Shown: piece after piece, positions 19,949 through 31,005 of the stretch
Layout: each line of letters begins with the position of its first letter
Position numbering within the stretch: position 1 is the first letter of the stretch
Origin: a candidate division WOR-3 bacterium
GTDB lineage: Bacteria; Hydrothermota; Hydrothermia; JBDRYB01
Length of the DNA stretch: 41,161 nt
NCBI GenBank assembly: GCA_049969615.1
Contig: JBMFOM010000005.1
Location: 1-41,161, forward strand
Direction: 5' to 3'
Translations under genes and position numbers: made by a program
Notes under the pieces: generated by a model
Told to the model about the DNA's origin: nothing
Database searches by the model: none
Seen by the model: only the letters and a program-made list of their open reading frames with translations

Positions 19949-20379
19949 TCACATAGGATATGTTTGAGGGCGTGAAGCCCGAGTATGTAGCTCAGGGGTC
20001 CGAATCCGGTTATCACGCCGCGGCAAGCCCTCGCGGTTATGCTCCTTGCCCTGAATTCTTCCCTGGCGAGTATGTTTGATATGTGAACCTCAACCACGGG
20101 TATTTTTATGGCTCCAATTGCGTCGGCTATAGCCACGGAGTAGTGGGTGAAGCTCGCTGGGTTGATCAGTATGCCGTCAAACTTTTCCCTCGCCTCGTGT
20201 ATGGCTGAGGTTATCTCCGATTCGGAATTTGACTGCAGAAATGAGACCTCAGCTCCAAGCCTGTTCGCCTCAGACCGTATGATCCCCTCTATCTCCTGAA
20301 GCGTCATGGTGCCATAGACTCCTGGCTCGCGTTCGCCCAGGAGGTTCAGGTTGGGGCCATTGATCACGAGAACCCTCAT
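19945..20379 (-). CDS. aroQ: Type II 3-dehydroquinate dehydratase
   Basis: VLVINGPNLNLLGEREPGVYG, QSNSE, INPASFTHYS, EVHISN. Start placed at ATG 20379 (144 aa), 6 nt after TATAAT. Confidence 0.95.
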   Translation of the reverse strand: MRVLVINGPNLNLLGEREPGVYGTMTLQEIEGIIRSEANRLGAEVSFLQSNSESEITSAIHEAREKFDGILINPASFTHYSVAIADAIGAIKIPVVEVHISNILAREEFRARSITARACRGVITGFGPLSYILGLHALKHILCE

Positions 20380-20635
20380 CTGCAAATTATATCGGCTAGC
20401 TAGATGTCCCTGCACCCAAAAGCCATGCGGAGCTCTTCGCCGTTCATTTGAAACCCGTGCCTTTGTCCAGTCCAGATTGAAGGGCATGACAAGCGCCGAA
20501 AACCCCGTGATGTCCGGATTATTCGCCACATAGCAGGGTTTCGGTCCCTCATGGTGAATACCCGTGTCATGATCCACTGCTTGAAAAGCCCTTTGCTTGT
20601 GTCTTAAAATATGCGGGTCAATGAGGAGAGGAAAG

Positions 20636-22282
20636 ATGCACTCAAGGACTTTTTTGAAAGTTTGCGCAGGGGTCCTTTTCATTCTGGCCCCCGGGAGCCT
20701 CCTGGCTAAGCCATCGGTCAACTTTAAGATGCAGATGTTCGTTGACCCGAATGGGGTTATCTCCAGAAACATAGAAGCGTCCCAGATGGAAAAGAACAAG
20801 GAAACGGTTTTCAAACGGATGCAGAAGGATTTTCAGGACGCTAATGTTGATGTGGCCGCGGCCTACAGGCTTGATATAGGAAGGACCCAGTTCTTCAGAT
20901 ACTTCACTCACGAGGATAATGGTTTTATTCACATAGAAGATGACACCATGAGGTCAAAGGCCAATTATACCCTTGACCTGATCGTGGGTGAGGATCAAAA
21001 CGGACTCCTGGCTGGCATATGGCTGATCAACAACGAGACCGGCGCGATATACCGCTACAACAAGTCCAGCATCAACAAGAAGGACATACGCTATGTAATC
21101 CAGGCCCTCATGCAAATAGTTGACGACCTGTATGCGGCTTTCAGCAAGTCTAGGGCAAAGAAGCTCAGCGAGACCGAGACAATTTCCCAAATAATAGAGA
21201 GGACCGAAACCCCTGTTGAGGCACAGGTCATGGTCTCGCAGGATACCGCGTCTATGTCTCACGACAGAACCGTTGCCATAACAGTCAACAGCATCAAGAA
21301 TATATATGACAGGGAAGTATTTCAGTATCTCGGCGAATCCATGCGCCTGGCAATCAAGCTCAAGGAGGGTTCTCCCGGAAACATCGTATCGGGAGAGCCG
21401 TTTGAGGGTTCGCCCTGGCGCTGGGATCATGTGAAAGCCAAGTCCATTACCTTCCAGTATAAGCTTCCCGGCCCGGAAGCATTCTCGTCCGGCAAAAACC
21501 CCCTGAAAGCCTCCTATGAGGTCGCGGCGGTTGATTACCTGACAGGCAAGCTCATTGACACCAAAAAACTCAATATCTTCGGTCCGGATACCTTCCTGGT
21601 TAGGGCCGATTACGCATGGCAGGTCTCTTCAACCTGGAATTTCAAATCAAAGAACATCTCCATGACCCTTTCCTTTGACTACGAGCTTCATTACATGATG
21701 AACTGTCGCGACTACCTCCTGGATGACTTCTTTCACAGGGCCATGAATGCCAAGGACGCTTGGTGGTATTCAACCAACTTCGTCAGGATGAAATACGAAC
21801 CCATGAAGGACAGAGGCACCATATCCAATTTCCGATACTCGGACTGCGGGCTTCTTGATCCATGGACCCTTTCAGATCCTACTGTTGATACCATATACAT
21901 CATAGGTCTGCCCGTTGGCGATGACCCGGCGCGTGTCCAAATCATAAACTTCTGTTTCTATTTTGGCGGGGCCTACGCGAAGAACGCGGTGGACGACGCC
22001 GTTGATGTCTTTGACCTTTTCAACGCGAGGGTTGTTGGCGACAGGATAGCCTCCGGTTTCAAGGACATACCCGCCAGGATATCGTGGATGATAGATATAA
22101 ACCAGGCTCAGCTCCGAAGCTTCCAACCCTTTGTCCACACATATTCTGGTTCTTATATCTTCGCCAACTACAACTGTGGCCAGGAACAGGTTGATGTGTC
22201 CATAACCCAGAAATTCACCCCCATATTTGAGTTCTCCTGCATAGCCACGAGGGAGGAGACAAAGCAGGGAGAGGGGAAATAG
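20636..22282 (+). CDS. Hypothetical secreted protein
   Basis: Long ORF; signal peptide MHSRTFLKVCAGVLFILAPGSLLA; SD-like GAGAGGAAAG before ATG 20636; no family recognised. Confidence 0.7.
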   Translation: MHSRTFLKVCAGVLFILAPGSLLAKPSVNFKMQMFVDPNGVISRNIEASQMEKNKETVFKRMQKDFQDANVDVAAAYRLDIGRTQFFRYFTHEDNGFIHIEDDTMRSKANYTLDLIVGEDQNGLLAGIWLINNETGAIYRYNKSSINKKDIRYVIQALMQIVDDLYAAFSKSRAKKLSETETISQIIERTETPVEAQVMVSQDTASMSHDRTVAITVNSIKNIYDREVFQYLGESMRLAIKLKEGSPGNIVSGEPFEGSPWRWDHVKAKSITFQYKLPGPEAFSSGKNPLKASYEVAAVDYLTGKLIDTKKLNIFGPDTFLVRADYAWQVSSTWNFKSKNISMTLSFDYELHYMMNCRDYLLDDFFHRAMNAKDAWWYSTNFVRMKYEPMKDRGTISNFRYSDCGLLDPWTLSDPTVDTIYIIGLPVGDDPARVQIINFCFYFGGAYAKNAVDDAVDVFDLFNARVVGDRIASGFKDIPARISWMIDINQAQLRSFQPFVHTYSGSYIFANYNCGQEQVDVSITQKFTPIFEFSCIATREETKQGEGK

Positions 22283-22342
22283 TCACTGGGCTAGAAGCTC
22301 CAGAGTCAAGGTATTATCTGGTTCTGAACGAACATTAAATAC

Positions 22343-22449
22343 AAAAATTTGATCCCGCGCAGGAAGTGGGTTTGCTCATGGTTCTCTCTTGGCTGTGATG
22401 AGGCTTTCGGATAGGGACAAATGACAAACCTAGATTTTACAAGGGTTTC
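22343..22449. mobile_element. Repeat C (minus) fused to the right half of repeat B
   Basis: The reverse complement of 22343-22372 reads aacccacttcctgcgcgggatcaaattttt. 22372-22449 aligns with 10889-10966 (ggctgtgatgaggctttcggatagggac is identical). Confidence 0.75.
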
Positions 22450-22456
22450 CGGCCGT

Positions 22457-23902
22457 CTAGAATATCTGTGATGTCCCGAAGGAATAAATGACCTTCCCCT
22501 GGCCGTAGGGCCAGCTAGCGTCAAATCTCAGGTTTGGGAATTTGAATACCTTTGTAATGCCCAGTCTCAGTCCAATGCCGACATCCCACACGAAATCCCC
22601 CTGGCTAAAGTCTATGTCTCCTCCATCCCAGAATAGAACCATCCCCGGCACGAAGGTCTGAAATAGCACCGGCCCAATAAGCCTCAGCTCGGATTGGGCC
22701 AGCAATTTCTCGCTGCCGGATAGCCAGAAGGCCGGCCATCCCCTTAGTCCGGATGTGCCACCGAGCTCATATGAGGTTATTCCAGGCTGGTCCTTCATTT
22801 TGCCCGTGCATAAGGATAGGGCTATCACGGAGTTGGGATGAGGCTTCAGATATGCCCTTGTGGTGACCTCGGCCCTCGTCATGTTCCTGTCTCCTATGCG
22901 GTTATATTGGATGAATGGCCTGGCGTCCAAGAAAAGCCTTTCCCCAAAGTGCCAGCCAAACGAGAGGCTGATTTCAGCACCCCAACCCTCCATGTATTTC
23001 CAGATGCCCGTGCTCAGCATTGGGCCGAGCAGGAAATCTTCATCATAACCAAACCCATTCAGTTTCTTTGTCTTGAAGTAGTTTCTCCTTTCATATGTAA
23101 TGCCAACCCCTACCCCTCTCATGCTCACTGTATCCAGCCCGGTCCTCTTCCAGTATTTGAGGTCAACGAATGGCGCTAGTATCCTATCCCGCGCGGTGTT
23201 CCTAGAGAACCTCGCGCCCGCGTTCCAGATACAGAAGTTCTCGGAGTCAATCGCGTTCCCCTCGGAATAGGTGTGTAGACTGCTTGAGTCCATGCCGCCG
23301 GAAAACCCCCACGACCACCTTTCGTCAACTATTCTGAACGGCTTTCCAACCCCTGCCTTCACCAGTTGTCCATCGGATCTGAGTTGTAGGGACATCTCTG
23401 CTTCAAGAGCACGGTTCAAGAAATTCAGATCATTGTAACATGCCTCCCAGTAGTTTCTCTCGTAGTCCTTCTGGTATATGCCGGATATACCCTTTGCCAT
23501 GCCCAGGAAATTGTGTTCCGCCAATCCAAGCCCAAACCTTTGTATCCCCCCCTCCCTTGAGAGATCAAGATAAACCGATGTTGACCAGAGGTCCCATGTT
23601 CCGATCCAGACTATTGATGTATCACCCTCCCTGATCCTCTCAAGCCAGACCCTGCCAAAAAGCCCGGTTCCCCTGATCCTTCGTTCGTTCTCCTTCAGTA
23701 TTTCGTTGTTGATTATGTCTCCCTCCTTGAATGTCAAAAGCCCCCTTATGGTTGCTTCTGTAGTGGATATGTGTAGCCACGAAATCAGGTTGCCCGGAAA
23801 GCCCTTTGTCTCAAATATGTCGTGGTTCTGAATTTCAATCTCATGGACACGGAAGACCCCGGAATCATGCGAGCATATAAACAGCAGGATCAATGCGTGC
23901 AT
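22457..23902 (-). CDS. Omp85/BamA-TamA-like outer-membrane protein with one POTRA-like domain
   Basis: N-terminal POTRA-like segment (ISTTEATIR..LKENERRIR..GLF), LGGTSGLRGW, C-terminal GIGLRL...FSF-type strand ending in Phe (YSFGTSQIF). Confidence 0.75.
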   Translation of the reverse strand: MHALILLFICSHDSGVFRVHEIEIQNHDIFETKGFPGNLISWLHISTTEATIRGLLTFKEGDIINNEILKENERRIRGTGLFGRVWLERIREGDTSIVWIGTWDLWSTSVYLDLSREGGIQRFGLGLAEHNFLGMAKGISGIYQKDYERNYWEACYNDLNFLNRALEAEMSLQLRSDGQLVKAGVGKPFRIVDERWSWGFSGGMDSSSLHTYSEGNAIDSENFCIWNAGARFSRNTARDRILAPFVDLKYWKRTGLDTVSMRGVGVGITYERRNYFKTKKLNGFGYDEDFLLGPMLSTGIWKYMEGWGAEISLSFGWHFGERLFLDARPFIQYNRIGDRNMTRAEVTTRAYLKPHPNSVIALSLCTGKMKDQPGITSYELGGTSGLRGWPAFWLSGSEKLLAQSELRLIGPVLFQTFVPGMVLFWDGGDIDFSQGDFVWDVGIGLRLGITKVFKFPNLRFDASWPYGQGKVIYSFGTSQIF

Positions 23903-25236
23903 AAATATCCCTTTGCGAGATAGATATTATAATGTCTCCTGCCTTCACATTCAATAATCAGGCTGGTCTCCAAAAATCCCTCCGGCTCTCCAACGAAAAT
24001 AAAGCTCTCCCCTGGTTCGGCGGGGTGCGAAAGGGTTATCTGATTCGGCCTGCCTCGCGGATTTGCCACCCTTACTGGCGGGTTTCCCGGCAGATAAAAC
24101 GAGAGCTCAGAGGCCTCCTGGTAGCGTGGCGCGGCTATAGCCACGCCCGTATGGGTTTCCATAACGGTATGGACGCACAGAGCCAGCTCCTGCCAGCCCC
24201 TAGCCGCTTCCGTTGGATCCCCCTTTATGCGCATGAACGGATAGACCGCCTGCGCGTATACCAGTCCCACCAACCCAATCCCGAACCCGACCACTGCTTT
24301 CCAGGGCCATTTCTCTGTCAATTTCCCGAGGCCTATTGTGCCAAGTATCACTAGACTCGTGTATGCCGGCGCGGGCCAGTTTGCCTCGGCCGGGCCCCTC
24401 GCGCTTGCGATCCAGAACAGGATGAATGGGACGAATAGAGACAACATGAGAGCAAACCTGCTCGTTTCCATGAGTTTTCTGCCGGTTCGGATTATTCCCC
24501 AGATGAGAAAGATAAACGGCAGGAGGCTGTTGACCAATGCGGCGTCCATGATGTATTTCACTGGCCCGAACAAATCCCAGGGTCTTCCGAGGCCGTGGCC
24601 TGCCTGGTATGCAAATGATACCCAACCGTGCCCCGCGTTCCAGATTATGTTGGGGAGTAATATCAGAACAGCCAGGGCCATGCCCATCCACCAGAAACCG
24701 CTCGCGAGAAACCCTCTTCTCGTGAAGATGTATGCCAGCGGTATCGTCAAAAGGAACACGCCGCTATACTTTGAGAGCATCGCGGCGCCCAGTGCTATTC
24801 CATAGATCAACCACCATGCAGGTTTTCTGATGGCCCTTATCCCGGCATATAATCCGAGCGTCCAAAAGAATATGAGGGGCACATCAGGAACCGCAAGCAA
24901 TCCGCCAATACCCAGGAGCAGGATGCCTGTTCCCACTAGAAGCCCCTGGAACCCCAGCCGCTCATCGGATAGCTCCTTTATCAACAAGTAGGTCAAAAAT
25001 CCGGTTCCCGCGGACAGGATGATGAAGAACAGCCTTACCCCGATGTGGGAATTGCCGAGAATCAATGTTCCTACCCTAACCAGCCACGCTACCATTGGCG
25101 GGTGATCGAAATAGCCCGCGGCGAGCTCCCTTGACCAGACCCAGTAATAAGCCTCATCGGGCAGGAGCGGATAAAACCACGCCACGGCCACCCGGATGGC
25201 CATGATGATCAGGATGAAAATAATAGCGTTCCGCAC
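23890..25236 (-). CDS. Glycosyltransferase family 39 / ArnT-PMT-like GT-C membrane protein
   Basis: PDEAYYWVWS..LAAGYFDHPPMVAW, PDVPL, LSKYS, PNIIWN..HGW; many TM helices. Confidence 0.85.
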   Translation of the reverse strand: MRNAIIFILIIMAIRVAVAWFYPLLPDEAYYWVWSRELAAGYFDHPPMVAWLVRVGTLILGNSHIGVRLFFIILSAGTGFLTYLLIKELSDERLGFQGLLVGTGILLLGIGGLLAVPDVPLIFFWTLGLYAGIRAIRKPAWWLIYGIALGAAMLSKYSGVFLLTIPLAYIFTRRGFLASGFWWMGMALAVLILLPNIIWNAGHGWVSFAYQAGHGLGRPWDLFGPVKYIMDAALVNSLLPFIFLIWGIIRTGRKLMETSRFALMLSLFVPFILFWIASARGPAEANWPAPAYTSLVILGTIGLGKLTEKWPWKAVVGFGIGLVGLVYAQAVYPFMRIKGDPTEAARGWQELALCVHTVMETHTGVAIAAPRYQEASELSFYLPGNPPVRVANPRGRPNQITLSHPAEPGESFIFVGEPEGFLETSLIIECEGRRHYNIYLAKGYLCTH

Positions 25237-25352
25237 TTTACAGAGATTCCTCTTCCGGGAAGGTGCAGATTATAGGGTTTTGATCTTCAGCCCTTCAATC
25301 AGCCGCGCTTACTTTGAACCCCGACCCTTCTCCGGTTTAAAATTTCGGCCTA

Positions 25353-27056
25353 ATGAAGTGGAGTAAAGCTTTTATTTATACACTCAAGGAAACGCCCTCT
25401 GAGGCCGAGACCACGAGCCATAGGCTTCTCCTTCGTGGAGGCTTTATCCAGCAGATCGCTTCCGGAGTTTATGCCTTCCTGCCCCTTGGTTGGCGTGTTA
25501 TCAGAAAGATCTACAGGATAATTCAGGAAGAGATGGATAGAATAGGTGGCCAGGAGATATTCATGCCTTCTCTTAACCCGGCTTCCCTCTGGGAGGAGTC
25601 GGGGAGGTGGGCTGCTTTTGGGGATGACATGTTCAGGCTCAAGGACAGAAAGGGCCGGGACTATGCCCTCGCTCCCACCCATGAGGAGGTTATCTCGGAA
25701 ATTGCCCGAAAACACATAAAATCCCACAGGGACCTGCCTCAGATATGGTATCAGGTTCAGAACAAGTTCAGGGATGAACCCAGGCCGCGTGGAGGATTGC
25801 TCAGGGTGCGAGAGTTCCTTATGAAGGACAGCTATACCCTTGATGCCACCTGGGAGGGACTTGACCACGCGTATGAGCTTCACCGGCAGGCCTACAGGAC
25901 AATTTTTTCCCGTTGTGGTCTTCCTTTTGTTGAAGTCCTTGCCTCATCCGGTGTCATGGGTGGGACGGGTTCTGAGGAATTCATGGTTCTCACGGAGTCC
26001 GGCGAGGACACCCTTGCCCTTTGCGAATCCTGCAGGTACTCCGCGAACCTTGATGTGGCAACCGGGAACCCTGTGCCTGAGAGGCCTCAAAGCCCATACC
26101 AGAGGCAGGAGAAGGTCCATACCCCAGGCGTCAGGACAGCGGAGGAGGTCGCCAGATTCCTGCGTGTGGACACGAGTCTGATAATAAAGACCCTCGTTTA
26201 CTATGTTGGCGATAAGCCCTATGTTATCCTGATAAGGGGGGATCAGGAGCTTTCGGATGCAAAGCTGGCAAAAGAGCTGGGCGGGACCCCCTTGCTTGCC
26301 CTGCCTGAGGAAGTCAGGGAGATATTCGGTGCTGATATTGGTTTTGTTGGCCCTATGGGGATAAAGGGCAGGGTGGGTGGCGTTATAGCTGACAAAAGCG
26401 TTGCCACCGTAGAAATGGGCGTGGTCGGTGCGAACGATAACGACCATCACATCGTCGGGGTCACTCCTGGGAGTGATTTCAGGGTTGACAGGTTCGCTGA
26501 CCTCAGGGTTGTCAAGGATGGCGACACATGTTCATGCGGTGCCACCTTGCGCCTCCGGACTGCTGTTGAGGTTGGCCACATCTTCAAGCTCGGGACCAGA
26601 TACTCCGAATCCATGGGCGTTACCTTTGCCGATGCCGACGGTAGCCTCAAGCCCGTGATAATGGGTTCTTATGGCATAGGACTGGGCAGGATAATGACGG
26701 CGGCCGCGGAGGCCCTCTCTGATGAGCGTGGTCTTTGCTGGCCAAGGTCCATATCCCCATTTGAGGTCGCGGTGCTCAACATCGGGGGAAACAAGTTTAT
26801 CCGGAAGGCGGAAAAGCTTTATAATATGCTAATCCAGGCTGGCCTGGATGTTATACTGGACGATAGGGATGAAACCCCCGGCTTCAAGTTCCGCGACGCG
26901 GAGCTAATTGGGTTTCCCCTGATTGTCGTTCTCGGTGAGAGAAAGATGAAAGAGGGTAAGGTGGAGGTTCAAGTCAGGAGGACCGGGGAAAGGTTTGATT
27001 TTGACCTGGATGAGGCCGTTGAGGGAATAAGAGGCCTTTTGGAGAGGATACCTTGA
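25353..27056 (+). CDS. proS: Prolyl-tRNA synthetase (bacterial type with INS editing domain)
   Basis: LWEESGRW, LAPTHEE, KFRDEPRPRGGLLRVREF, EVGHIFKLG, MGSYGIG. Confidence 0.97.
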   Translation: MKWSKAFIYTLKETPSEAETTSHRLLLRGGFIQQIASGVYAFLPLGWRVIRKIYRIIQEEMDRIGGQEIFMPSLNPASLWEESGRWAAFGDDMFRLKDRKGRDYALAPTHEEVISEIARKHIKSHRDLPQIWYQVQNKFRDEPRPRGGLLRVREFLMKDSYTLDATWEGLDHAYELHRQAYRTIFSRCGLPFVEVLASSGVMGGTGSEEFMVLTESGEDTLALCESCRYSANLDVATGNPVPERPQSPYQRQEKVHTPGVRTAEEVARFLRVDTSLIIKTLVYYVGDKPYVILIRGDQELSDAKLAKELGGTPLLALPEEVREIFGADIGFVGPMGIKGRVGGVIADKSVATVEMGVVGANDNDHHIVGVTPGSDFRVDRFADLRVVKDGDTCSCGATLRLRTAVEVGHIFKLGTRYSESMGVTFADADGSLKPVIMGSYGIGLGRIMTAAAEALSDERGLCWPRSISPFEVAVLNIGGNKFIRKAEKLYNMLIQAGLDVILDDRDETPGFKFRDAELIGFPLIVVLGERKMKEGKVEVQVRRTGERFDFDLDEAVEGIRGLLERIP

Positions 27057-27466
27057 AAGAAACGCTTGAGAAGATGCTTGAGGCCCTGGCCGAGGACATG
27101 GGGCTTGTTCTCGTTGCCTTGGAACAGGGCCCTGGTTTCCTGAGGGTGTTTGTTGATGGAGACCATGGTGTTAGTGTGGAGGAGTGTGCGGCCCTGTCCA
27201 GGCGCGTCTCAAAGGCCATAGAGGACCACGGACTCATCCCCGGCCCCTTTGTGCTTGAGGTGTCTTCTCCTGGCCTGGATAGGGTCTTGAAGACCCCGCG
27301 GGAGAGGGCGTGGGCCGTAGGCAAAAGGGTTAAGGCCATAACCAAGGATGGTCGTGTAAGGGTCGGGAGGCTTGATGCCTCATCCGATAGCGAGATAAAC
27401 CTTGACGGGGAGGTCCTCAGCATCAGTGAGCTGAGCAGGCTGGTCCTCGCGGAGACCGATAAATGA
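27053..27466 (+). CDS. rimP: Ribosome maturation factor RimP
   Basis: LRVFVD..GVSVEEC..LSR, LEVSSPGLDR; directly before nusA. Confidence 0.92.
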   Translation: MKETLEKMLEALAEDMGLVLVALEQGPGFLRVFVDGDHGVSVEECAALSRRVSKAIEDHGLIPGPFVLEVSSPGLDRVLKTPRERAWAVGKRVKAITKDGRVRVGRLDASSDSEINLDGEVLSISELSRLVLAETDK

Positions 27467-27505
27467 GAATGTTTTTGATCTTGAACGCACAGGGGGTTTT
27501 GTGAA

Positions 27506-28813
27506 ATGAAACTGCCTTTGTTGGACTATGTAGCGGACATACACACGAAACGAAAGATATCCAGAGACTTGGTCGTGGCGGTCCTCAGGGACTCCATAGC
27601 CAAGGCCCTTTCTAGGACCTATCCTGGGTGCAACATAGTGGTGAGCATAGACCTGAAAAAGGGACAGATAGATATAAACGTGGAGAAGAAGGTTGTGGAG
27701 GATTTGGCCAAAGCCATAATGGAGTTCCGACTGGCCCAGGATGAATCCGAAGAGCCCGTTGAGCCGTGCTTCATATCCCTGGAAGAGGCCAGGAAATACT
27801 CGGATAGCGCCATCCCCGGAGGGGTTGTTCAGATACCGGTACCCTTTGAGTCCCTTGACAGAAACACTGTTTATCGCATAAAGAACATTTTCACACAGAG
27901 GGTGAGGGAAGCGGTAAAATACAATGTTTTCAAAGAGTTTCAATCAAGGGTTGGCGAGATAGAGATAGTTGACATCCAGAAGGTTGATCCCAAGCAAGGC
28001 GTTTTCGTGACCCTGAGGCCGAAACTAGGGGCGGTTGTGCGCGCGGAGGGCGTTATACCCCCGGATGAACAGATACCAGGCGAGCGTTACAGACAAGGAA
28101 CGAGCATGAAGGCACTTATACTCTCGGTTGGGGGCGACGAGGAGGGCCAGCGCGGACAGATAATCCTTTCCCGTGCCCACAACGATTTCCTGCGGCGTTT
28201 TCTTGAGCAAGAGATAAACGAGATAATGGAGGGCATGATAGAGATAAAGGCCGTGGCCAGGATACCCGGCAAGCGATCAAAGGTGGCTGTTAGGTCAAAG
28301 GATCCGATGGTTGACCCCGTGGGCGCGTGCGTTGGGCACAAAGGAACCCGCATTTCCAAAATAATGAAGGCCATAGGCGGGGAAAAGATAGACATTATAA
28401 AGTGGGAGCCAGATCCGGTTCGCCTCGCCTTCAACGCGCTCGCGCCGGTTGTCCCGATAACCGTCTACCCTGAGGAGGAACGGATCGTTGCCATCGTTGA
28501 GGATCAGGATATTGAGGCCGCGAAGGGTGAGGAGGGCGCAAATGTCAAGCTCGCTTCAGGTCTCGTTGGCAAGCGGGTTGATATAATGATCAGGGGGGAT
28601 TACAAGCGCAGGCCCGGTGTGGTGACCTTGATAGACCTGGAAAAGAAACTCCCCAGGAATGTGCTTTCTCTCCTGAGGAGCCGCGGACTAACCTCCTTTG
28701 TTACAACTCCTACCCTGGCACTTTTGCACTCCGTTGTCGGCCTGGACGAGAAGACCTCCCTCAAGATACTGGAGGTCATAGAGGATATTCTTGAATCCGG
28801 GGAGGCTAAGTGA
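27506..28813 (+). CDS. nusA: Transcription termination factor NusA
   Basis: EQIPGE, IILSR, ARIPGKRSKVAV, DPVGACVG, GEKIDII, NVKLAS. Confidence 0.94.
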   Translation: MKLPLLDYVADIHTKRKISRDLVVAVLRDSIAKALSRTYPGCNIVVSIDLKKGQIDINVEKKVVEDLAKAIMEFRLAQDESEEPVEPCFISLEEARKYSDSAIPGGVVQIPVPFESLDRNTVYRIKNIFTQRVREAVKYNVFKEFQSRVGEIEIVDIQKVDPKQGVFVTLRPKLGAVVRAEGVIPPDEQIPGERYRQGTSMKALILSVGGDEEGQRGQIILSRAHNDFLRRFLEQEINEIMEGMIEIKAVARIPGKRSKVAVRSKDPMVDPVGACVGHKGTRISKIMKAIGGEKIDIIKWEPDPVRLAFNALAPVVPITVYPEEERIVAIVEDQDIEAAKGEEGANVKLASGLVGKRVDIMIRGDYKRRPGVVTLIDLEKKLPRNVLSLLRSRGLTSFVTTPTLALLHSVVGLDEKTSLKILEVIEDILESGEAK

Positions 28814-30909
28814 GCAAGAAAAAGGGCCCCAAGAAGGTCAAGGAAATAGCCGCGGAGATGGGGCTTTCAGCATCCGCGGTGATTTCCATGCTCGTTAACC
28901 TGGGCTATGATGTGAAATCACCCCAGGGCAAGGTCAACAAAGAGATGGAAGATGCCCTGCGGGAGCGCCTCAGGAGCGAGAGGGCCGCGTTCGCTTCTGA
29001 TCTTGAGCGAAAGAAGAAGATCCACGGCGGCCATCCTTCAAAGAAGCCCGTTGAGGAAAAGCCCAAAGCGAGACACAGCTTCCAAAAAGGTCGCTATTCT
29101 AGAGAAAAGAGAAGGGCACGCAAAAAGCATAGGGAGGCCGAAAGGGCCGACCGGTCCAGAACCGCGGCTGAGGAGCCTGGGGTCCTGGTTCTTCCTGGGG
29201 CCGTGTCCGTGGGTGAGCTTGCTGCCATGATGGGCCAGCCCTCCGGGGAGCTCATCCTTAAGCTCATGTCAATGGGTGTCCTTGCCACAGTGAACCAGAC
29301 CCTGGATCCTGACACGGTTGAAGCCGTGGCCGCGGAATTCGGCATAAGGGTTGAATTTGTTGAACCAAAGGCATTTACGGAGGAATCCAAGGCAGATATT
29401 GAGCTCACTGAGCCCAAACCTCCGGTGGTAGCGGTTCTCGGCCATGTTGATCACGGCAAAACCACCCTCCTTGATTATATCAGGAAGGCCGCTGTGGCAA
29501 AGGGCGAGGCTGGGGGCATAACCCAACATATAGGCGCCTACACCACGGAGCATGACGGCTACAGAATAACATTCATAGATACCCCCGGCCACGCCGCATT
29601 CACCACTATAAGGGCCAGGGGTGCCCAGGGCGCTGACATAGCGATTCTCGTTGTCGCGGCCAACGAAGGCGTTCAGGAACAAACCAGAGAAGCCCTTGCC
29701 CACATAAGGTTGGCCGGTTGTCCGGTGATCGTGGCCATAACTAAGATGGACCTGCCAAACGCTGATCCCGAAAGGATCAAACGGGAGCTCAGCAAGGAGA
29801 ACCTGATACCGGAGGACTGGGGTGGCAATACCATAATGGTTCCGGTTTCCGCTAGAACCGGCCAGGGTATTGATGTTCTTTTGGATAGCATTCTGGTTAA
29901 GGCAGAGGAGATGAGGCTCAGAACCACCAGCCAAGGCCCTGCCGAGGGTGTTGTTTTGGAGGCAAAGTTAGAGAGAGGATTGGGGCCGGTCGCAACCGTT
30001 CTAATACAAAGGGGCACACTGCACACGGGGGACGCTGTGGTTGCAGGCACGGTTCACGGCAAAGTAAGGGCTTTGTATAACGAGTGGGGCAAGAGGGTGA
30101 AGAAGGCTGGCCCCTCTGAAGCCGTTGTCCTTCAGGGTCTTTCGGGGGTTCCAAAGGCTGGTGATATACTTCAGGTCGTCCGGGATGAAAAGGAAGCCAG
30201 AACGCTGGCTGAAACCCGTGCCGTTGCAAAGCGCCATGCCATGGTCAGGGGAGAGATGAGTCTTCTGGCCCAGAAGCTGAAAGAGAAGACGGAGGAGAAG
30301 AGGACGAGGCTCTACCTGATTATAAAAGCTGATGTTCAGGGTTCCCTTGAAGCTATAACGGGAACGCTTCCCTCCCTTTCAAGGGAGGATGTTGAGGTTG
30401 AGGTGGTCTATGGAGGGGTTGGGGTAGTGACAGAGGCAGATGTCGCTTTGGCAGAGACCGTTGGTGGGATGGTAGTGGCATTCGGCACATCGGTTGACGC
30501 GGCCGCGAGGGCAAAATCAAAAGAAACTAGGGTTCCCATAAAGGTCTATAATGTCATATTTGAGCTCCTTGAAGATTTCTCCGCTCTCGTGAAGGGTATG
30601 GTGGAGCCACAAATAGTTGAACGGCCAATTGGCACCGCGAGGGTTCTGAAGACCTTCAAGGTATCTGGTGGCTCGGTTGCCGGTTGTATTGTGGAAACAG
30701 GCTATGTGGCCCGCGACGCAAGGGTTAGGGTAATGAGGGAGGGTGAAAAGATGTGGGATGGAGCCGTGTTCTCATTGAAACGTTTTCAGGATGATGTCAA
30801 GGAGGTCAGGGAAGGCGAGGAATGTGGAATACGGCTTTCTGGGTTTGACAAGTTCAAGGAGGGCGACATTCTTGAATTCTACAGGATAGAGGAGATAATG
30901 GAAGAGTAG
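28810..30909 (+). CDS. infB: Translation initiation factor IF-2
   Basis: [54 protein letters not shown]. Confidence 0.97.
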   Translation: MSKKKGPKKVKEIAAEMGLSASAVISMLVNLGYDVKSPQGKVNKEMEDALRERLRSERAAFASDLERKKKIHGGHPSKKPVEEKPKARHSFQKGRYSREKRRARKKHREAERADRSRTAAEEPGVLVLPGAVSVGELAAMMGQPSGELILKLMSMGVLATVNQTLDPDTVEAVAAEFGIRVEFVEPKAFTEESKADIELTEPKPPVVAVLGHVDHGKTTLLDYIRKAAVAKGEAGGITQHIGAYTTEHDGYRITFIDTPGHAAFTTIRARGAQGADIAILVVAANEGVQEQTREALAHIRLAGCPVIVAITKMDLPNADPERIKRELSKENLIPEDWGGNTIMVPVSARTGQGIDVLLDSILVKAEEMRLRTTSQGPAEGVVLEAKLERGLGPVATVLIQRGTLHTGDAVVAGTVHGKVRALYNEWGKRVKKAGPSEAVVLQGLSGVPKAGDILQVVRDEKEARTLAETRAVAKRHAMVRGEMSLLAQKLKEKTEEKRTRLYLIIKADVQGSLEAITGTLPSLSREDVEVEVVYGGVGVVTEADVALAETVGGMVVAFGTSVDAAARAKSKETRVPIKVYNVIFELLEDFSALVKGMVEPQIVERPIGTARVLKTFKVSGGSVAGCIVETGYVARDARVRVMREGEKMWDGAVFSLKRFQDDVKEVREGEECGIRLSGFDKFKEGDILEFYRIEEIMEE

Positions 30910-30980
30910 CCTCCCTGATGGTTTTGATCCTCCAGGCCAAAGTTTCAGTTTTGACGAGACATTGTTCTCACCCAGATTTT

Positions 30981-31005
30981 ATTGATCCTATGCAGAAAGT
31001 GGATT
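30981..31005 (-). repeat. Repeat C copy immediately after the nurA-like stop codon
   Basis: Minus strand TAG-AATCCACTTTCTGCATAGGATCAAT compared with consensus AACCCACYTCCTGCGCAGGATCAAA. Confidence 0.6.

Noticed and set aside
20380-20814. 145-aa N-terminal extension of AroQ in the ORF track
   Set aside because: It overlaps a divergent gene and intergenic sequence; homology and the -10 box indicate a start at 20379.
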